Source: an uncultured archaeon
GTDB taxonomy: Archaea; Iainarchaeota; Iainarchaeia; Iainarchaeales; GCA-2688035
Assembly (NCBI GenBank): GCA_964640195.1
Contig: CAZXIC010000001.1
Location: forward strand, 83,363-147,362
DNA length: 64,000 nucleotides
Direction: 5' to 3'
This document shows positions 9,001-15,151 of the stretch, piece after piece. The notes below the pieces were generated by a model. It was not told the DNA's origin, made no database searches, and saw nothing but the letters and a program-made list of their open reading frames with translations. Numbering within the stretch: the first letter of the stretch is position 1; every line of letters starts with the position of its first letter. Both the position numbers and the translations under genes were made by a program.

Positions 9001-10943
9001 CCCCTCTGTTTCATAAAGCTGATGGGATACCCTTCTGCGCCATCTACCGCAGAGGTTATGTCCAAGGGGTCTGCTGCACCCTCAATCTGCAAGTCCAGTT
9101 TTAGGGCAGTCAAGCCCCCCGCACAGTAAAGGTTTCCCTCGTTGTACTGGGTGCCTGAAACACCGACATTCGCAAGGTTGCTGTCGCCAATTGCATCCAA
9201 GCCAGAAAAGCCGCCTGTCATGCCGATGTTTGCGAAATTGCTGTCGCCGGCTGCTGTTACTCCGCCGTCTGCGAATGTTATGCCGCTGATGCCGATTTTG
9301 TTTACGTTTATGTCTCCTACTACGTTCAAGTCTCCGTAGATTGTTGCATTGCCCATGACGTTGAGGTCGTTTGCTATGTTTACGTCCGGTCCTAGTGCAA
9401 CTGATTTTGGGTTTGTGTTGAATATTTTGTAGCCGATTGCCGTTGCGTATTTTGCGTTTGCGTTGGTATCATAGCCCAAGGAAATTGAGCCTGTTCCGAA
9501 TGATTTTGCGCCATAGCCCATTGAAACACTGCCTGCTCCGCCAGAAAGCAGGTCGTGATCGTTGACAGCATATCCCATTGCTATGCTTCCATAGCGGCTT
9601 GCTGTCATTGTGGCAGTGCTCCCGCTGTTGGCTCCCATTGCTATGCTTCCGCTTCCGCTTGCTGTCATTGTGCCAATGTTGTTGTATCCTATTGCTGCGC
9701 TTCCGTTTCCGCTTGATGTCATTGTGCCAGCAATGTTGTATCCCATTGCTGTGCTTCCTTGCCCGCTTGATGTCATTGTGGCACTGGTCCCACCGGTATT
9801 GTTGTATCCTATTGCTGTGCTTCCTATTCCACTTGCTGTCATTGTTGTGCCAGTATTATATCCCATTGCTGTGCTTCCTTGCCCGCTTGCTGTTGTGCTT
9901 GAGCCCATTGCTGTGCTGTATTGTCCGCTTGCTGTTGTATTGTAGTCAAGTGCTGTGCTGTATGCTCCGAATGCCGTTGTTCCTTTTCCTAAAGCGACTG
10001 CGTTTGTTCCGTAAGCCGAGTTTGCATCCAGGCTTTTGAATTTTTGCCCTTCTATCAGCATTCCATTCACATCGCCCGTTGTATTGATATCCCCCTCAGC
10101 GTATATGCCACCGTCTGCAAAGCTAACACCTGAGACCTGTATTTTGGCAGCATTGAAGTCCCCTGAAACCGTCAAGTTTGTTAGGTATGCGTCGTCTGCC
10201 TCAATTGAGGTGAAGTTGCTGTCGCCGGCTGCATTCAGCCTCTCCAAATATGTTCCACTGCTTACACCTACATTCACAAAATTGCTATCTCCCAAAAAGC
10301 TTGGCGAAAAAAGGCTTGCATACCAGCTGTTGAAATCAGTGAAGTATTGGAACGCGTTCAAGTCAACTGACATTGCTTTTTTTGCGACAAACGATGAGCT
10401 GATTGAAGTAAGCTTGGTCAGGGGCTGCTGCGCCTCGCCTTCAACCACTATGCCGAGCCACATGTTTCCGTTGAAATCCAGCAGGTTCAGGTATTTCTGC
10501 GTGTTCGCATCCCCCAGAACAGCGTTGAATATGCCATCGCTCACTGCCAACTCCCTTGTTTCACTCCATAAAAGCTGTTTGCCTGATTCATTGCTGTCGT
10601 ATACGATGAACTCAAAGGTATAATTGCCGTTTAACGCGTCGCCGCTTGAATCTGTCAGCCTGCCTTGGACAGTGAACACTTCAGGGATTGCCATTACAAG
10701 AGGTGAAAGCATCAACAAGCTGAGTGCAATCGCAATCAAAACAGGCATTTTGCCATAGCCTAAAATTCCTTGACTTATACATAACAATGCTCTGTTATCC
10801 TTGCCTTTGGAGAGCGCTTTGTTGCGCAAACTGGCTGAGCCCCCCTTCTCTGTTCTTGTGCCTATCACCCTACCGCTTAATTTCTTATTCCACGCAGCGA
10901 GTTTGCCCGGCAGTGTCGCCAGGCTGCACTTATGCTCAGCCAT
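6024..10943 (-). CDS. Large mosaic fibre/adhesin (tail-fibre-like, YadA-head-like beta-roll repeats, Cys-rich C-terminus)
   Basis: GGAGGTGA RBS before ATG 10943; hydrophobic helix near aa 70-90; QGRLTD...LWSE...GIFNAVLG N-domain; TASGxGSTAMG repeats; NxxIGxxAG repeats; CDDSNTLTIDIC motif. Confidence 0.85.
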   Translation of the reverse strand: MAEHKCSLATLPGKLAAWNKKLSGRVIGTRTEKGGSASLRNKALSKGKDNRALLCISQGILGYGKMPVLIAIALSLLMLSPLVMAIPEVFTVQGRLTDSSGDALNGNYTFEFIVYDSNESGKQLLWSETRELAVSDGIFNAVLGDANTQKYLNLLDFNGNMWLGIVVEGEAQQPLTKLTSISSSFVAKKAMSVDLNAFQYFTDFNSWYASLFSPSFLGDSNFVNVGVSSGTYLERLNAAGDSNFTSIEADDAYLTNLTVSGDFNAAKIQVSGVSFADGGIYAEGDINTTGDVNGMLIEGQKFKSLDANSAYGTNAVALGKGTTAFGAYSTALDYNTTASGQYSTAMGSSTTASGQGSTAMGYNTGTTMTASGIGSTAIGYNNTGGTSATMTSSGQGSTAMGYNIAGTMTSSGNGSAAIGYNNIGTMTASGSGSIAMGANSGSTATMTASRYGSIAMGYAVNDHDLLSGGAGSVSMGYGAKSFGTGSISLGYDTNANAKYATAIGYKIFNTNPKSVALGPDVNIANDLNVMGNATIYGDLNVVGDINVNKIGISGITFADGGVTAAGDSNFANIGMTGGFSGLDAIGDSNLANVGVSGTQYNEGNLYCAGGLTALKLDLQIEGAADPLDITSAVDGAEGYPISFMKQRGTLASPEDVIVGDYLGKISWWGWNGDFKEVGWIAGQVGGDFVEAAGKYPFHLEIAGYNEIGGTMVGFHMLPDNNVGIGVEDPSAMLEVFKPDTQLKLSYDASNYATFKAESDGDLTVASNKTGFDADFGDANISTTNTVFSPTIKAASIQPIDANTVSVYNPTSLGAQKITNPNPDSADDWTLGTGWSFGDIGIGTFYHSSGTATLSQASASMVTPIVAGERYTFSVVAGTDYGYESVGMSVSCGGVSLGSTTEDGTFSATFRAVSTADLIIVPVTDAVFRLFNFSLKKVGGNLDVADTVIADDVNAINLYCSADSNFSNLQADDAYLTNLTVTGDFNAGSIQVSGVSFADGGIQATGDSNFANIGMTGGFSGLDAIGDSNFANLEADDAYVGNLTCSADGNIDYLMAEDTNITSLFVSGASRFDTGFDLNPVIYPSSPAIALVEEAGNVDAGKHYYFVTYYTALGETALRSSTPTNVTTDAEHGKVEITLPTSSDYRVEGRKIYRTTADSSYWANVKLVDTVANNTETTYTDNIADASMTGTNYYWQDDSTCKYITVNDTQAALLTNKNTILGYNAGATIAAGTAQSASNVLIGQYAGDALTTGALIVAIGPDALTSNTSGQDNVGIGAYALRQNTSGTGNIGIGRYAGYYNSTSSHNVQVGYYAGFGASGNSHAYDTFVGSLAGQVITTGASNSAFGYKAGNKLTSGSSNIFLGGEAGYNQTTASNLLIIDNQDRDDTAEEATNAILYGVMADAVANQSLAVNADLNAAGAITVGSNLNNNLSAGDINAGTIYSDALTPKSPIFFKTDKPEPICMMADNGTYVGCLPEFDSATGNYDFVCKPRPECDAKIQQLDEKDRLWKQRKEAAQAEEALHTLQQTVEDEELPLPPIPEEQDSAGQQESDAAGQDLDIGQGDVDVTDFWQPDANAADLNQPDQDIAVQPCDIACANDADCDDSNTLTIDICNNDGECKSYCLHLPMVAGQGGGDENR
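7860..7928. repeat. 69-bp exact direct repeat, copy 1 (encodes DSNFANIGMTGGFSGLDAIGDSN)
   Basis: Identical to 9177-9245. Confidence 0.95.
9177..9245. repeat. 69-bp exact direct repeat, copy 2
   Basis: Identical to 7860-7928. Confidence 0.95.
9560..9990 (-). repeat. Tandem coding repeats (14-21 aa, YadA/Hep_Hag-like head)
   Basis: Repeated CCCATTGCTGTGCT...CCGCTTGCTGTCATTGTG units encoding TMTASGxGSxAMGYN. Confidence 0.85.
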
Positions 10944-11026
10944 TTGTTTTTTCACCTCCAGCTATTCTTATTTGGAATTGCAGGTTTTGCAACCAAATAA
11001 GCATAATCGGCAGTCTTTCATGCCAG

Positions 11027-11323
11027 TTACTTTGTTCTGGGATTTGCAACATTTTCTTTCCCCCCTAATTCTATTCTAATGCATTTTGCCCTCGGAATAA
11101 TGGTTGACTTCCCATTGCTGTTCTCCAGCAATTTCAGGTTGAATGTGTCAAAATCCAATAATTTGCCCTCCTTGAAACTCACGCTGTTGAGCGTATCGTT
11201 GTAGTAGACTGCAATAATCTTGCCAAGGCTTTCAATAAGCAGCCTGTCTGTGTGGGCATCCTGTACCGCACCATCACCGTAGGACCCTATGCTGATGCCG
11301 CTATTTTGTTCTTGTTTGCGCAT
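11027..11323 (-). CDS. Small Sm/LSm-like beta-barrel protein, paralog B
   Basis: LGKIIAVYYND...KEGKLLDFDTFNLKL...IIPRAKCIRIE pattern. Confidence 0.6.
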   Translation of the reverse strand: MRKQEQNSGISIGSYGDGAVQDAHTDRLLIESLGKIIAVYYNDTLNSVSFKEGKLLDFDTFNLKLLENSNGKSTIIPRAKCIRIELGGKENVANPRTK

Positions 11324-11558
11324 AGTTCACCTGCCTGCCTATTTCTATCCTGATGCACTTCTCCCTCGGGATAAGGGTTGGCCTTCCACTGCCCTCTTCA
11401 AGCAATTTGAGGTTGCAGCGGTCAAAATCCAGGAATTCGCCTATCTTTAAAGAAACAGAGCTCGCAGTATCATTGTAAAAAACAGAGATTATTTCGCCAA
11501 TGCTGCTGCATAGCAGCTTGTCTTTCCCTTCTTCCACCAACAACCCCCGGCCAAACAA
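11301..11558 (-). CDS. Small Sm/LSm-like beta-barrel protein, paralog A
   Basis: IGEIISVFYND...GEFLDFDRCNLKL...LIPREKCIRIE; closely similar to the neighbour. Confidence 0.6.
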   Translation of the reverse strand: MFGRGLLVEEGKDKLLCSSIGEIISVFYNDTASSVSLKIGEFLDFDRCNLKLLEEGSGRPTLIPREKCIRIEIGRQVNYAQTRTK

Positions 11559-11732
11559 GAAGGTTATAATAAAGAGGCGGTTGTGATATTTAATACTTTC
11601 TAGATGGTGGTTGCCGCTTGGTTCGTCTTGCAGGATAAGCCATGCGCTGTTTTCAGCCTTTTGGCTAGTGCAGGTTTAGAAAAAAGAAAAAAAGAGCTAC
11701 CCTGCTAGGGCAGATAAAATAACCCGCTCTGC

Positions 11733-12590
11733 TTACCTGAGGTATTCAAGCGTGTTGCTCCAGATGCCAGGGGTCATTGCAGGGTCATAGTTGAAGTAAA
11801 TCACTTTTCCAATCAGCAGCCTTTTCTCCACTATCGCTGGGTAGTAGTCTGCAACTGAGACGTGCTTGATGGATGCTATCAGGTTGCCTGTCGGCTTTAT
11901 ATCGAATGTCAGGATGTTAAGCGGGCCATATGCCGGGTCTGTCGGCGCTATCTCAATGCCCTCCATTATTTTGTGGTCATAGTCAATCCTGTGTATTTTG
12001 CCTGGCAAAACAATCGGGACAGTGCAGGAAGGCTGGTTGTGCATGTTCAGGGCACACTCCACAGGCACGATGTCGCCGAAAGAGGCTGTCCATCCGACAA
12101 CGTCTGTTGCAACGCCTGTGCCGTACATGCCGCCGCTCCTGAAAATCCCTGAATCCATTACAATGATGAGCTTTCCGCCTGTCCTGACGTAGTTTTCAAG
12201 CGCTTCTCCAAGAGTCCTTGAAACGCTCCTGTCATAGTTTGTTGCTGCGAGGTGCTGGTCAAGCAGAACCATGTCGTACTGCGCCAGCTGCTCCTGCGGG
12301 GCAAACTCAAGCGCTGAAGCGTGCTTCACCTGGTAGTAGACAAGGTCGCGCTGGTTGTCAAGGTCTGCTATCAGATATGCACTCGGCTCCCCTACTATAA
12401 GCATTTGAATTGGTCCTCCCGGACCCAAAAAGGGAATCTGCCACAAACCGAACTTGTGGCCAAGAAATGCTGCAATTATTATGATTAAAATCAGCGGAAT
12501 CAAGCCTTCAAGGTTTCTTGTAACCGCGCTTCTTCTGCCTGCTGGCATCGGTGCTGGTTCACCGCCCCCTTCTTCCGGATACATCTTCAC
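11733..12590 (-). CDS. N-terminally membrane-anchored protein with class I glutamine amidotransferase-like (ThuA-like) fold
   Basis: TM helix, then LAQYDMVLLD...ALENYVRTGGKLIIVMDSG...HKIMEGI...GKVIYFN. Confidence 0.6.
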   Translation of the reverse strand: MKMYPEEGGGEPAPMPAGRRSAVTRNLEGLIPLILIIIIAAFLGHKFGLWQIPFLGPGGPIQMLIVGEPSAYLIADLDNQRDLVYYQVKHASALEFAPQEQLAQYDMVLLDQHLAATNYDRSVSRTLGEALENYVRTGGKLIIVMDSGIFRSGGMYGTGVATDVVGWTASFGDIVPVECALNMHNQPSCTVPIVLPGKIHRIDYDHKIMEGIEIAPTDPAYGPLNILTFDIKPTGNLIASIKHVSVADYYPAIVEKRLLIGKVIYFNYDPAMTPGIWSNTLEYLR

Positions 12591-12748
12591 ACCTCGCTCC
12601 CATTAATTTTTTCAAATTAACCTGTTAACTTACATTAATATTTCCTGCTTTTCACCTTTTTAATACTTTCTCTTTCAAAAAAAATAACTATTCAATTAAA
12701 AGGCTTTTCTTATTTAAAAACCTTTCCATCAATTGCCAGAAGCAAAAC

Positions 12749-13876
12749 CTATCCCTTCAGTATCCCGTAATACATGTTTTCAATCGGCAGGAAGTAAGGC
12801 GCCTTGCCTTGTTCTGCAAGTTTAGGGTTTGCGTACAGCTCTGGGGGCATCGCGTAATAGACGACCCTTTCACCCAAGCCAGCGGTAACAATTAATGGGA
12901 CACTCCTGTTGATGTCCGGAATTCCAAGTTCCCTGCTCTCCCTTATGGGCTTTCCGCCGAAATTCAAGGAAAGCACTTCGGTTGTTATTCCTCCCCCCAG
13001 TGTTTCCACCAAAGCAAAGTCCTCGCCTGGAAAAACATACAAAGGTAGCGTCCTGGAGATTCCCCTTATGAGGGGGTGAGAGCCGCTTGGCTCTGTTTCA
13101 ATGTTGCCTGCACGATGCGCTCCTTCCCCGCATGCAACGGCTTCGCAGTAGTTCTTGCGGAGGTATTGCACGCCAAGCAGCTGGTCAAAGTTGATCATGT
13201 ATTCTCCATCTCTTCTTGCCCAGGGGCCGATTATACTCCAGCCCATTTTCTCCTTTTCCTCCCTGGCTTCCTCTTCCCTGCGTTTTTTCTCTGCCTCGCT
13301 TATTCCAGCCTCTTCGGCTCCCTTCTCTATGCGCTCTGCATCCTCTTGAGTTATACCCTCCCTTTCCTGCTGGTAGAGATACTCATCTGTTACAAGCTTT
13401 CCGCCAACATAGCTCTGCCCCAGCTCTGTTCCTGCATCCCCTGTCCAAACAAGGGTGCCGCCTGTCGGGCCCGTGGCATAATCAATGAAATCCCTCAATT
13501 CCTTTGTGTTAATCTTCTTCGCCCTGTCCACTATGACCAGGTCGTAGCCGCGCAGGTTTCCAAGTGTAACCCTGTCAATGTGTAGAGTGTCTGCATGAAC
13601 GCCCAACAGTTCAGGGTTTGCAAGCAGTTCCCTGAGACTGCCCTCGCCTTCAATCGGGTTTCCAAGGCCGTAATCGCCGTAGACAATCAATACGCGCGGC
13701 TGCCCGAAGGCATAGGTCTTGGCGTACCAGTACACGTTGCACCATGCGCCGCCGATTACAGGGAACTGGTTGCATTTCATCAATCCTGTGAATGTTATTA
13801 CGAAAAGAAGTGCAAGAATCAGGATGATGAGCACAAGCAGCCTGCTACCACTTTTTATCAGCGCCTGCATGTCCAT
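12749..13876 (-). CDS. Paralogous membrane-anchored GATase-like-fold protein
   Basis: TM helix, LRGYDLVIVD...GGTLVWTGDAG...HPLIRGI...GERVVYY. Confidence 0.6.
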   Translation of the reverse strand: MDMQALIKSGSRLLVLIILILALLFVITFTGLMKCNQFPVIGGAWCNVYWYAKTYAFGQPRVLIVYGDYGLGNPIEGEGSLRELLANPELLGVHADTLHIDRVTLGNLRGYDLVIVDRAKKINTKELRDFIDYATGPTGGTLVWTGDAGTELGQSYVGGKLVTDEYLYQQEREGITQEDAERIEKGAEEAGISEAEKKRREEEAREEKEKMGWSIIGPWARRDGEYMINFDQLLGVQYLRKNYCEAVACGEGAHRAGNIETEPSGSHPLIRGISRTLPLYVFPGEDFALVETLGGGITTEVLSLNFGGKPIRESRELGIPDINRSVPLIVTAGLGERVVYYAMPPELYANPKLAEQGKAPYFLPIENMYYGILKG

Positions 13877-13978
13877 TGGAACAAAACCTTCCGCAGCGAG
13901 TTTTCTTTAAACCTATATACTTTTTATATCTTAATCCCTATAAAAATCTTTACAGGAGCATCAAAGCGGTGTTTTTAG

Positions 13979-14149
13979 ATGGTTAAACTGTCAAGGGGCC
14001 CTGCAGTGAGGGGCCCAAGCAGCTCACTTGGAATCATGCGGTTTTTTGACGCAGATACCTCAGGACCGAAACTGAGCCCGGAATTCGTTGTGGCTGTTGC
14101 AGTCGCGCTGGTTGCAATAGTGCTGATAATCAAAACATTCCCGATATGA
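13979..14149 (+). CDS. secG: Preprotein translocase subunit Sec61-beta (archaeal SecG), 56 aa; absent from ORF track
   Basis: MVKLSRGPAVRGPSSSLGIMRFFDADTSGPKLSPEFVVAVAVALVAIVLIIKTFPI; GIMRFFD...PKLSP plus C-terminal TM; GGTG RBS. Confidence 0.92.
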   Translation: MVKLSRGPAVRGPSSSLGIMRFFDADTSGPKLSPEFVVAVAVALVAIVLIIKTFPI

Positions 14150-14198
14150 TGCCCGGTTTGCTCTGATTGTAGAGGTGCAGCAAAAGCATTGGGCAGAT

Positions 14199-15119
14199 TC
14201 AAAGCAAGCCTTTTTCTTTTAACGCTGCACCTATCAGCGGCATTGCGATTGTTGCATCACAGAAAACGCTCACATGCTTGCCTTTTTCCCGCAGCTTCCC
14301 CCAGCTCTTTGCTTCCCTAGGCCTTGCGCCGCTGAGCGAACCGTCAAGCTCTGTTGCTGTTGAAACATACACCGCATAATTCAGGCCGTTTCTGAGGATG
14401 TTCGCGCCTATTACATGGTGCTTGCTGATGCCACCGCCGAGAACAATTGCCCCTGTTTTTTCCGCGGTAAGCACAATCTGCGCCAGCTCACCCATATCGG
14501 CTGTAACATCCAGGCAGAAATCATGGTGCTGCTGCTTGAAGAAGTACAGCTGCAGGCCAATTGCCCCGTCTGTTATGCCGGGGCAGAAGACAGGTATGCT
14601 GTTTCTGGTACACCAGTGCAGGAAGGAATCCCTGCTCTTTGTTTCCTTCCCAATGAATTGAACCAGTTCCATGGGGGAAACGCACTTTTTTTTGCTGTAA
14701 ATTTTAACAAGCCAGCGCTGCATTTTCCCCTCAAAAAGCGCATAGCCCTTGCTTGGCGCAAAAATGTTGCCGATTCTGTTTATGTTCTGTTTATGCAGCC
14801 TTATGTCATCTGCATCAAAGCTGCCAAGCCTGTAGTTGACAAGGGTTTTTATTACGTCGTGGTCAACGCTCCCTGCGGTTGTAACGATTGCATCAACAAA
14901 GTGCTTTCTGCACATTTCAGCAATGATGCCCCTCAGCCCGGAGGCAACCATGTTCGCTGTAAAGGAGAGGAAAAGGGTGCAGTTTTCATTGCGCATCCGC
15001 TCTATCAGCTCAACCGCTGCGCCGAGCTGCGATGCCTGGAGGCCTGCAGAGGAAAACTGCCTCGCAAGGTTTCCGGCTGAGGCCTTTTTCCCTAAGCCAA
15101 AATCTTTTATTGGATCCAA
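14199..15119 (-). CDS. dys: Deoxyhypusine synthase
   Basis: FTANMVASGLRG, TTAGSVDHD, CPGITDGAIG, GGGISKHH, DGSLSGARPREAKSWGK. Confidence 0.97.
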   Translation of the reverse strand: MDPIKDFGLGKKASAGNLARQFSSAGLQASQLGAAVELIERMRNENCTLFLSFTANMVASGLRGIIAEMCRKHFVDAIVTTAGSVDHDVIKTLVNYRLGSFDADDIRLHKQNINRIGNIFAPSKGYALFEGKMQRWLVKIYSKKKCVSPMELVQFIGKETKSRDSFLHWCTRNSIPVFCPGITDGAIGLQLYFFKQQHHDFCLDVTADMGELAQIVLTAEKTGAIVLGGGISKHHVIGANILRNGLNYAVYVSTATELDGSLSGARPREAKSWGKLREKGKHVSVFCDATIAMPLIGAALKEKGLL

Positions 15120-15151
15120 GGCAAACCAACCTTGTTCAAATTTAAAAAATT

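Noticed and set aside
9578..10039. Cys/Leu-rich repetitive plus-strand ORFs
   Set aside because: Antisense translations of the adhesin tandem repeats.
6024..10955. Diversity-generating retroelement or provirus around the fibre gene
   Set aside because: No reverse transcriptase; the long repeat pair is identical rather than adenine-variable; no capsid, terminase or integrase genes.
13975..14202. 75-aa minus-strand ORF
   Set aside because: Antisense shadow of the Sec61-beta gene on the plus strand.
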